A stretch of DNA of 64,000 bases from assembly GCA_963792275.1 (NCBI GenBank), contig CAWBVQ010000003.1, forward strand, positions 76,892-140,891, read 5' to 3'. Source of the stretch: an uncultured delta proteobacterium (GTDB taxonomy: Bacteria > Myxococcota > Myxococcia > Myxococcales > 40CM-4-68-19). Under the pieces are notes generated by a model. The model was not told the DNA's origin and searched no databases. It saw only the letters and a list, made by a program, of their open reading frames with translations. A program made the translations under genes and the position numbers. Shown piece by piece: positions 10,765-17,570 of this stretch (its first letter is position 1; each line of letters opens with the position of its first letter).

Positions 10765-10971
10765 CTACAAATCCGCGGGGCGCAGGGTGCTGCGGCCGTT
10801 TTCCTTCGCGCGCGACACTGCCTTCTCCACCGCGGCGCGCACGTGCTCGGAGAGGGCGCTGATGAACTCGTCCGAGGTGCGCATCTCCTTCTCGCGGATC
10901 AGATCGCGGACCTTGCTCTGCACGATCAGGAGACCGGTCGAATCCTTCTTGACCTCGGTGTTCTCGCTCAT
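10765..10971 (-). CDS. Bacterial histone-fold protein, alpha3-truncated singlet (68 aa)
   Basis: MSENTEVKKDSTGLLIVQSKVRDLIREKEMRTSDEFISALSEHVRAAVEKAVSRAKENGRSTLRPADL*. This aligns by eye to archaeal HMfB ([57 protein letters not shown]). It has a short alpha1, an (R)xSD loop, a long alpha2 and the GR(K/S)T..xD L2 motif. It then stops, so alpha3 is missing. Confidence 0.6.
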   Translation of the reverse strand: MSENTEVKKDSTGLLIVQSKVRDLIREKEMRTSDEFISALSEHVRAAVEKAVSRAKENGRSTLRPADL

Positions 10972-11004
10972 GGCGCGCTGCTCTAGCAGAGGAGCCGCTC
11001 GCTT

Positions 11005-11818
11005 TCAACGCCCGAGGAACTCCCGCGCCGCGCGGAAATCGGCGGGCACCGGCGCCTGGAGACGAAGGTCGCCCCCGTCGGGGTGCCGCAGCGAGAGCGA
11101 GAGGGCGTGCAGCAGCGGCCGCGACAGCTCGTGCCGCAGCCCGTCCTTGCGGGTGAGAAACGCGGGCCCGCCGTACGCCTTGTCGCCCAGGAGCGGGCAA
11201 CCCAACTCGCGCAGGTGGATGCGGATCTGGTGCGTGCGCCCGGTCTCCGGAAAGGCGGCGAGCTCGGCGCGCCACCGCGTAGCGCTCCACCAGGCGAAAG
11301 CGCGTGCGCGCGGGCCGCGAATCCACCGGCGACTCGACCACGCCTTCCGCCGCTGCCGGAGCGCCGAGCACGAGCGCGCGATACTCCTTGGCGGCGCGAT
11401 GCGCGCGGAACTCCTCCAGCAGCGCCGCCTGCGCCCGCCGCGTGCGCGCCAGCACGGTGACGCCGGTGGTGCCGCGGTCGAGGCGGTGGACCAGGAGCGC
11501 CTGCGCGTCCTTCTCGCCGAGGGAGCGCAAGAGCGCGCTGCAGAGATCGGGCAGCGCGGCGCCGCCCGCGAGATCCTCCTGCGCCGCCAGGCCGGCGGGC
11601 TTGTCCACCGCCAGCACCGACCGATCGAGATGGATCACGCAATCGCGGGTGAGCGGAGGCGCCTCGGCCTGGTGCAGCGCCACCTCCACGCGGTCTCCGG
11701 GCCGCAGCGGGCGGTCCGCCTCGCGCACGCGCTTGCCGCGGACGAACGCACCGCCCCCCGCGATGGCCCGCTGCGCCTGCTCTTCGGAGATGCCGCCGCG
11801 CCGCACCACGAAGGGCAA
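11005..11818 (-). pseudogene. RluA-family 23S rRNA/tRNA pseudouridine synthase; frame break near 11266
   Basis: An S4-like N-terminus is followed by VLAVDKPAGLAAQ and the catalytic motif LLVHRLDRGTTGVTVLART. After a shift it reads ELAAFPETGRTHQIRIHLRELGCPLLGDKAYGG...LLHALSLSLRHPDGG. The TTG start at 11818 is tentative. Confidence 0.85.
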
Positions 11819-11867
11819 GAGCGGCTCGTCCGCTCGGCGACCAGCCGCAAGCGCGAAGGCGTTCGCT

Positions 11868-12125
11868 TCAAGCCTCGGCTTTCTTGCACGCGCCGCCGCC
11901 GCAGCCTTCCCCCGGCCTGGCGGCGCACGCGGCGTCGGCTTTCTTCCCTCCCGAAGAGTAGCCGTCCGCGTACCAGCCGCCTCCGCGGAGGGCGAACGAA
12001 GACCGCGAGATGAGACGCCTCACCGGCCCGCCGCACTTGTCGCAGGTGGCGAGGGCGGGCTCGGTGATGCGCTGTTCCACGTCGAAGGTGCCGCAGCTCG
12101 TGCAGCTGTATTCGTACGTCGGCAT
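11868..12125 (-). CDS. FmdB-family zinc-ribbon protein (CxxC...CxxC)
   Basis: MPTYEYSCTSCGTFDVEQRITEPALATCDKCGGPVRRLISRSSFALRGGGWY is the classic FmdB/CxxC_CxxC_SSSS N-terminus. A Gly/Cys-rich tail follows. Confidence 0.8.
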   Translation of the reverse strand: MPTYEYSCTSCGTFDVEQRITEPALATCDKCGGPVRRLISRSSFALRGGGWYADGYSSGGKKADAACAARPGEGCGGGACKKAEA

Positions 12126-12176
12126 GCCCAGTAACACGCTTCCCGCGCGTCAGGGTCGGCACGGGGAGACGCAGCG

Positions 12177-12527
12177 CTAGCCCTTCTCCACCAGGCGGAC
12201 AGGGAACTTGCTCAGCGCCGAACAGACCATGCCCGAAGGTCCGCCGATCAGGTCGTGGAACACTCCGCGGGGAGCCAGCGCCACCGCCCCCGCCGAGAGC
12301 GCGATGCGCAGCTCGTTTCCGGCGGCGGCGGTCTCCAGGACCAGCTCTCCCGAGCCCTGCACGCAGACGTATGCCCGGTCGGCGTCCGGGTGCTTGCGCC
12401 AGCCCGTCTTCTGCGCCCCTTTCAGGTAGACGCCGTCCACCAGGAGCTGGTCGGTCTTCACCGCGTGGAGCACGGTGGGCTTGTCGTCCGTGTAGCGGGC
12501 ATCGCTGATCAAGTTCACGCTCTGCAC
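12177..12527 (-). CDS. Cupin-domain protein (116 aa)
   Basis: Intact ORF of single-barrel size. The pattern WRKHPDADRAYVCVQGSGELVLE...ALAPRGVFHDL matches a cupin-like G(x)5HxH...P.G..H layout, partly degenerate. Confidence 0.65.
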   Translation of the reverse strand: MQSVNLISDARYTDDKPTVLHAVKTDQLLVDGVYLKGAQKTGWRKHPDADRAYVCVQGSGELVLETAAAGNELRIALSAGAVALAPRGVFHDLIGGPSGMVCSALSKFPVRLVEKG

Positions 12528-12540
12528 TGCGGTCGTCTCC

Positions 12541-13302
12541 TCAGAACTGCGCCGGCGCCGGCGTCGCGGCCTTGTTGTAGAGGAACTTGGAGATCCCCCA
12601 GCCCACGATCACGAAGGCGATGGCCACCACCCAGGCGTAGTCGCTGCCGTACACGGTGGGGAAGTGGTTCGAGACCATGAAGAAGATGAGCGGGATCGAC
12701 ATGTACGTGTTGTGCTTGCTGCGCAGGCCGGCCACCGCGGGGATGGACGCCTCCGGCGCGGGGCCCGTGCCCTTGACGCCGGCGATGATCTTCCGCTGGT
12801 TGGGCCAGATCCGCATCCAGACGTTGGCCGCCATGATGGTGCCGAGGAGCGCGCCCAGGTAGATGAACACGGCGCGGCCGCCCATGAAGAGATGGAAGAT
12901 GAAGGCCACCACCGCGAAGAGCACCAGCGAGACGATCATCCCGGTGGTCTCGTTCTTCATGTTCTTCCAGAGCACGTCGTAGACGGCGAAGCAGACCACG
13001 ACGACGAGCACGCCGATGCCGCCGGACGCATAGCTGCTCATCCGGTCGTTGCCCATGGCGTTGCCTTCCCAGTACACGACCCAGAGCAGGAGGATGCCGG
13101 TGACCCAGGTGTAGGCGGCGCCCCAGCGGAACCAGTAGAGCGCGCGCGGCATGAGCTCGGGGATCACCTTCTTCTTGGAATCCGCGTCGTAGGTCTTGGC
13201 GACCTGGCCGTTGACGAAGTTGAAGAACCAGAGATGGCCGATCCACATCACGGCCGCGAGCACGTGGATCCAGCGGAAGATCAGGTTGAGCCATTCAGAC
13301 AC
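12541..13302 (-). CDS. Polytopic membrane protein resembling the membrane domain of urate hydroxylase PuuD, without a cytochrome c domain
   Basis: GTG 13302 (VSEWLNLIFRWIHVLAAVMWIGHLWFFNFVNGQVAKTY...). There are about 6 hydrophobic spans and conserved His/Trp residues. The family call rests on memory of the W..RW.H....WIG...FNFV signature. No CxxCH motif is present. Confidence 0.45.
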   Translation of the reverse strand: MSEWLNLIFRWIHVLAAVMWIGHLWFFNFVNGQVAKTYDADSKKKVIPELMPRALYWFRWGAAYTWVTGILLLWVVYWEGNAMGNDRMSSYASGGIGVLVVVVCFAVYDVLWKNMKNETTGMIVSLVLFAVVAFIFHLFMGGRAVFIYLGALLGTIMAANVWMRIWPNQRKIIAGVKGTGPAPEASIPAVAGLRSKHNTYMSIPLIFFMVSNHFPTVYGSDYAWVVAIAFVIVGWGISKFLYNKAATPAPAQF

Positions 13303-13445
13303 GTTACCCTCCCGAGGCGGTTTCTGCGGGCGCACACTAGCGTTCCGGGATCGCCCCGTCGAGTTTGAGTGCCTGCCGTGCAACCCGGGGGCTGCAGGCC
13401 AGCCTGCCCGCGGCGAATGCGCGCACGTCGCACCGGGAGGCGGCG

Positions 13446-14060
13446 ATGCGCATCTTCCGCGGCATGAAACGGTATGAGCCGAAGCAGTTTCCCCGCTTGA
13501 AGGGGCTGTCCGGAATTTCCGACGGGCTGCTCCAGGATCACCTCAAGCTCTACGAGGGGTACGTCAAGAACGTCAACGAGCTGAATACCCAACTCGAGGG
13601 CCTCCTCAAGGAAGGAAAGGGGAAGGGCACCAATCCCGCGTTCGCCGAGATGACGCGGCGGCTGGGATTCGAATATGGCGGCATGGTGCTGCACGAGCTG
13701 TATTTCGGGAACCTGATCGCCGAGCCGGACCCGCTGAACAAGTCGGGCCCCCTGGCGCAGGCGTTCTCGCGCGACTTCGGCGCATTCGAGCCCTGGCTGG
13801 AGGACTTCAAGGCCATCGCCGGCATGCGCGGGGTGGGATGGGCCATCGCCTACCAGAACCCCGAGACGCGGCAGATCTCCAACCACTGGATCGGCCTGCA
13901 CAACAACGGGAACCCGCCGGGCTTCCGCCCCATCGTGGTGATGGACTGCTGGGAGCACGCCTTCATCCCCGACTACAAGGCGACCGAGCGCGCGAAATAC
14001 ATCGACGCGTACCTCAAGAACGTCGACTGGCGGGTTTGCGAGGGCCGGCTGATCAAGTAA
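13446..14060 (+). CDS. Fe/Mn-family superoxide dismutase (divergent N-terminal motif)
   Basis: LQDHLKLYEGYVKNVN stands in place of HHxKHHxxYV. Other motifs: FEYGGMVLHELYFGNL, GVGWAIAYQN and the ligand motif VMDCWEHAFIPDY. ATG 13446; ATG 13464 is an alternative start. Confidence 0.75.
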   Translation: MRIFRGMKRYEPKQFPRLKGLSGISDGLLQDHLKLYEGYVKNVNELNTQLEGLLKEGKGKGTNPAFAEMTRRLGFEYGGMVLHELYFGNLIAEPDPLNKSGPLAQAFSRDFGAFEPWLEDFKAIAGMRGVGWAIAYQNPETRQISNHWIGLHNNGNPPGFRPIVVMDCWEHAFIPDYKATERAKYIDAYLKNVDWRVCEGRLIK

Positions 14061-14069
14061 ACAGCCCGC

Positions 14070-15542
14070 GTGCTGCGCGAGCTTTCGGATCTGCGGGAAG
14101 ACGCGGCGGGGCTCGCCGCGGGGCTCTCTCGTGCCCGTTACCTGCGCTTCGCCGGCCGCCAGCAGGAAGCGTCGCTGCGCGAGTTGATCCGCTCCCACAA
14201 GCTCGCGAGCAGCGTGGACGGTCTCGCCGAGGCGCGGGAGGCGTTGCAGAACGCCCTCGCGGAGGATCCGATCCGGCAGGCCAGGGTGGCGCGGCTCACT
14301 TCGCTGCGCCACTTCCTCGCGCAGGCGCATGCGCTCGCGCTCGAGCCGGGCGCCGCGCAGGAGCTCTTCGATCTGCCGCAGCGACCGCTGGTGCGGCCGC
14401 CCGGCGACGCCGGCTTGCACGGCGCGCTCCCCGCGGTGGCGGTCTTGCGCGACCTGCCGCGCTTGCGCTCGCGCGAGCGCCGCGGCGAGCTGGAGTCGGC
14501 GCTGGAAGCGGCAATGGCTCCCTACGAGGCCGCCTTGAGCGCGGCCTGGGACGCGGCGCAGTCGGCCCGGGCCCAGGCCGGCCTTGCTCCGCCTGCCGAT
14601 GCCGCCGGATGGGCGACCACGCTGCTCGAGCGCACCGACGCGCTGCAGGCAGACCTCGGGGCGTGGCTCCTCGAACGGCACACCGGCGTCAAGCCCGGCA
14701 TGGCCGCGCGGCACGACGTGCTGCATCTGGTGCACGCGCCGCGCTGCTCCAGCGCGTTCGTCAAAGGAGAGCTGGAGCGCACGGTGCGGCGCTGGGTGGA
14801 GATGCTGCGCCTCGACGTCTCCGAGGTGAAGCTGGACGACGACGACCGGCCGCTCAAGTGGCCCGGCGCCCACGCCGAGCCGCTGGACCCTCCCTACGAG
14901 GCCGGCATTTCGCTCTTGCCCGCGGAAGGGCCGCGGGCGCTCTCCTCGCTCCTTTCCGCGCTGGGCACGGCCCTCTTGCGGGTAGGACCTCCCGCAGACG
15001 CGCCGCCCGAGGATCTCTGGATGGGCGATCCTGCCGTGCGCCATGCCTGCGCCGCGGTGCTCGCGGGCTTGCTCCTCGAGCCCGGGTGGCTGCGTCGCTG
15101 CGCCAGGGTGGAGCTGCAGCGGGACGACGAGCGCGCCCTCGCCATCGCCGCGGTGCTCGACGCGCGCACCTGCGCGGCACGGACCCTGGCCATCCTCGAC
15201 GCGCAGGAGGCCGGCCTGGGCGCGCGGGCGGCGACGGCGCATCGGGAGCTCTACGCTCGCGCCACCGGCGCGGAGCTGCCGCGGGGGCTCGCCCTCCTGG
15301 ATCTCGATCCCTGGCTCGACGCGGAGGCGGAGTTGCGCGGCATGGCGCTCGCGGCCCGGGTGCGGGCGTTCCTGCGCGAGCGGTACGACGAAGACTGGTG
15401 GCGCAACCCGCGCAGCCTTCCTTCGCTGGCCGGCCTCTGGAATCGGGGCGGCAGGCCCACGTTGCCGGAGCTGTGGTCGGAGATGGGAGGCGAGCCCTCG
15501 CTGGACTTTCTGGTAGCCGGACTGACGTCTGCCTGCCGGTAA
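14070..15542 (+). CDS. Conserved hypothetical protein (490 aa), helical and Ala/Leu/Arg-rich
   Basis: Intact ORF with good codon bias, starting 10 nt after the SOD stop. The C-terminus ERYDEDWWRNPRSLPSLAGLWNRGGRPTLPELW is reminiscent of M3-type peptidase C-termini, but no HExxH motif is present. Confidence 0.55.
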   Translation: MLRELSDLREDAAGLAAGLSRARYLRFAGRQQEASLRELIRSHKLASSVDGLAEAREALQNALAEDPIRQARVARLTSLRHFLAQAHALALEPGAAQELFDLPQRPLVRPPGDAGLHGALPAVAVLRDLPRLRSRERRGELESALEAAMAPYEAALSAAWDAAQSARAQAGLAPPADAAGWATTLLERTDALQADLGAWLLERHTGVKPGMAARHDVLHLVHAPRCSSAFVKGELERTVRRWVEMLRLDVSEVKLDDDDRPLKWPGAHAEPLDPPYEAGISLLPAEGPRALSSLLSALGTALLRVGPPADAPPEDLWMGDPAVRHACAAVLAGLLLEPGWLRRCARVELQRDDERALAIAAVLDARTCAARTLAILDAQEAGLGARAATAHRELYARATGAELPRGLALLDLDPWLDAEAELRGMALAARVRAFLRERYDEDWWRNPRSLPSLAGLWNRGGRPTLPELWSEMGGEPSLDFLVAGLTSACR

Positions 15543-15582
15543 AAACCTCTGTTAAAACCTGCGCAATGCTTGCATTTTCTAC

Positions 15583-15597
15583 TGGCGCGGAGCGCCA
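15583..15597. promoter_or_regulatory. Palindrome TGGCGC-GGA-GCGCCA in an AT-rich spacer upstream of the PilZ gene
   Basis: The intergenic region 15543-15662 is visibly AT-richer than its surroundings. It contains a direct AAAACCT repeat (15543-15561) and this palindrome with 6-bp arms and a 3-nt spacer. Candidate operator only. Confidence 0.2.
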
Positions 15598-15668
15598 ATA
15601 CCCTGAAAAGAGGTGGGTGAACCGTTGGCGAGTGTCTTGCTCTAGCGTCGGCGGGTGTTTCTTTGGAG

Positions 15669-16350
15669 ATGGCCGTGATTCGGTGGGGTCTCAGCAGTCC
15701 GGTGCTCGACGAGAGCTGGCCGGTCCGGTACCGGTTCAACTCGATGTTCGATCTCCAGCGGCACCTTCGCCTGGGGGAAGGCTTCTTCCTGCCGGACGGG
15801 GCGCTCCCCGGCGATGCGGGGGCGCGGGTGATCGTGGAAGTCGGGCTTCCGGAGAATGCCGATCGGCCGCTCCTTCACGGCCGCGTGCGGGCGCGCGACC
15901 GCAGCGGAGTTTGGCTGGACCTGCCCATGGCGCGTCCCACCGCGAGATGGGCGCCGGATCCGGGCGCTCCACGCCGTCGCGTCCCCCGGGTGGCCTGCGA
16001 TCTGTTCGTCGAGATCCACCCTCCCGGCGCCGAGCCGTGGCTCTGCCGCGCGCTCGACGTGAGCGAGACCGGCCTTCGGGTCGGATTCGGCGCTGGAGAC
16101 CGGCGTCCGTGGAGACGAGCTTCAGGGCGTGCTGCTCCAGGCGGACGGCCATCTTCCGCCGGCTCCATTTCGCGGCCGCGTCGTCTGGGCGGGACAGCGC
16201 GAGACCGGGCTCGAGCTGGTGGGCGACTCCGCCGAGTTTCGCACCCTGCTCAGCTTCGCCGCGGGCCGCTGGCAACTGGTCCGCGAGATCGACCACGACG
16301 ACCGTTGCCCGTGCGTTCAGGGCGAGGCCAAGGGCCAGCGCCAGCCGTAA
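15669..16350 (+). pseudogene. PilZ-domain protein; frame break near 16086
   Basis: PRRRVPRVACDLFVEIHPPGAEPWLCRALDVSETGLRV matches the PilZ RxxxR...D.S.GG pattern. The sequence continues in another frame as SALETGVRGDELQGVLLQADGHLPPAPFRGRVVWAGQRETGLELVG...*. ATG 15669; TTG 15663 is also possible. Confidence 0.55.
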
Positions 16351-16922
16351 AGCCGGCTGTAGTGCCACCACTCCTTCGGGTTCACGCGAAAGCCGGCGGC
16401 GTACATGGCGCTCTTGAGCGCCTCGCGGTGCGCCTTGGCCGGTCCTTCGGGCAATGGGGCGTCGGCGAACGCCTTGGGACCGAAGTCGTCGAAGGGCGTG
16501 GGCAGCTCCACGCGCTCCCCTTCCGGGTCGGCAAGCTCCAGGTCCACCGCGACGCCCCTCTCGTGAAGGCTGCCGCGCGCCGGATCGGCCACGGCGCCGG
16601 GATGCGGGTGGGCCTTCCACAGCGCCGCCTGCACGCCCGGCGGCCGGGTGCAGTCGCGGGCAACGAGCCGGAAGCCTTGCTTGCGCAAGGTGGCGGCGGC
16701 GATGGCCAGCCGCTGCGCCACGCTGCGGCGCAACCGGCACTTCGCGTCGGCGGGGTAGAGCGCGTGCCCGGTGAAGTTGTGCGGGCCGGCGTAGGCGAGG
16801 CGGACGATGAGCCCGGGCACCACGCTGGAGGCGTCCACCAGCGGATCCTCGGCGTCCGAAACCCTTGGAAGGTGCTGCGGGCCGTAGGTGAGCGCTGCCA
16901 GAAGCGCCGCGGCCGCGATCAC
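16317..16922 (-). CDS. D-alanyl-D-alanine dipeptidase, M15D (VanX/DdpX-like)
   Basis: RLAYAGPHNFTGHALY, the zinc motif SLHERGVAVDLEL and NPKEWWHYS. The N-terminus is signal-like. GTG 16922 overlaps the stop of the upstream small gene (GTGA). The 3' end overlaps the convergent PilZ gene by 34 nt. Confidence 0.8.
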   Translation of the reverse strand: MIAAAALLAALTYGPQHLPRVSDAEDPLVDASSVVPGLIVRLAYAGPHNFTGHALYPADAKCRLRRSVAQRLAIAAATLRKQGFRLVARDCTRPPGVQAALWKAHPHPGAVADPARGSLHERGVAVDLELADPEGERVELPTPFDDFGPKAFADAPLPEGPAKAHREALKSAMYAAGFRVNPKEWWHYSRLYGWRWPLASP

Positions 16923-17230
16923 TTCAGGCGGCGCAGGGCTCTGATGATCTTGTTCTTTTCGGCCGTGCGCACCTGGGTGGCGGCATCCTTCGGGCGCGCC
17001 GTGCGCCCGGCCAGCTTCCGCTTCAGCTCGATCTCCAGCGCCATCAGCTCGGCGCGCGCTTCCGTGTTCTCCTGGCCGCGGCGCGGCAGCGCCTGCTCCT
17101 TGCCCAGCGACGTTCCCGACCGCATCCGGAGCGCCTTCTCCTCTCGCGCGCTGAGCTGCCTTGCGGCCGTGCGCAGCAGTTGCCGCACCTCGGTGCTGGT
17201 GATCGTGCTCGAGGAGGACTTGTTGGACAT
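16919..17230 (-). CDS. Stand-alone, degenerate sigma70 region-4-like protein (103 aa)
   Basis: MSNKSSSSTITSTEVRQLLRTAARQLSAREEKALRMRSGTSLGKEQALPRRGQENTEARAELMALEIELKRKLAGR... aligns without gaps to E. coli RpoD region 4.2 ([49 protein letters not shown]). LSAREEKALRMRSG matches 10 of 14 positions, and the spacing to ...EIELKRKL is the same. The recognition helix is changed (TRERIRQIE to ARAELMALE). No regions 1-3 are present. Confidence 0.55.
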   Translation of the reverse strand: MSNKSSSSTITSTEVRQLLRTAARQLSAREEKALRMRSGTSLGKEQALPRRGQENTEARAELMALEIELKRKLAGRTARPKDAATQVRTAEKNKIIRALRRLK

Positions 17231-17286
17231 TTCGGAGTCACCTCTCCCAGGTCGTCGCGGCGTCGCCATGAACCGTATGCTCCGTT

Positions 17287-17374
17287 CGCAGAAGATCAAT
17301 TTTTCTGCGGAGATTGCTCCGTCTGCGCCCTTCACAGGAACATGGGCGCCAGTTGAAATCAAACTTTTGGCGCC
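17287..17374. promoter_or_regulatory. AT-rich leader/promoter region of the sigma-R4-like gene with two inverted repeats
   Basis: IR-a: CGCAGAA (17287-17293), 9-nt spacer, TTCTGCG (17303-17309). IR-b: GGCGCCA (17345-17351), 16-nt AT-rich spacer GTTGAAATCAAACTTT, TGGCGCC (17368-17374). The region lies 57-144 nt upstream of ATG 17230 on the minus strand. Function not established. Confidence 0.3.
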
Positions 17375-17383
17375 GCGTTCCGC

Positions 17384-17517
17384 CTGCCTGCGCGCGGGGT
17401 CGCGCGCGGCGTGCCGGCGGTGCCGCGGGGGTCCGCGCACCGCGTCGGCGCTGCCTGCGCGCGGGGTCGCGCGCGGCGTGCCGGCGGTGCCGCGGGGGTC
17501 CGCGCACCGCGTCGGCC
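17384..17517. repeat. Near-perfect tandem duplication of a 67-bp unit; each unit carries two GC hairpins
   Basis: Unit 1 is 17384-17450 and unit 2 is 17451-17517. They are identical except for the last base. Each unit has hairpin A, GCGCGCG-GGGT-CGCGCGC (17390-17407), and hairpin B, GCGGTGC(c)GCGG-GGGT-CCGC-GCACCGC (17417-17443). The array lies just 3' of the lipoprotein gene that ends at 17571. It may act as a REP-like or terminator-like element. Confidence 0.9.
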
Positions 17518-17570
17518 CGCCGGGACAGTTGTGCGCGGACCTGCCGAAAGCGCCTGCTTTCCCCCCGCCC

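Noticed and set aside
8951-12013. Very long antisense or alternate-frame ORFs: 8951-12013 (+), 15663-18773 (+), 36474-39185 (-), 39816-42038 (-), 5783-8029 (-), 13281-15242 (-), 58379-60238 (-), 61214-62851 (-) and many shorter ones
   Set aside because: They are Arg/Ala/Gly/Pro-rich with no recognisable motifs. Each lies opposite, or out of frame with, a gene that has clear homology. Stop-poor shadow frames are expected when third codon positions are almost all G/C.
15560-15574. Sigma54-like promoter motifs: TGCGCA-ATGC-TTGCA at 15560-15574, and TGGCGC-CCATG-TTCCT on the minus strand at 17337-17351
   Set aside because: The first lacks the GG dinucleotide and has spacing one nt short. The second has TCC instead of the essential TGC at -12. 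Neither is convincing without a TSS.
16317-16350. Overlapping 3' ends of convergent genes: 16317-16350, 46920-46948 and 55786-55800
   Set aside because: Short convergent overlaps are common in compact GC-rich genomes. One of them depends on a frame-corrected C-terminus. There is no evidence of antisense regulation.
17384-17517. The 67-bp tandem repeat as a possible CRISPR array
   Set aside because: There are only two directly abutting copies with no spacers. No cas genes are in the window, and the unit is longer than typical CRISPR repeats.
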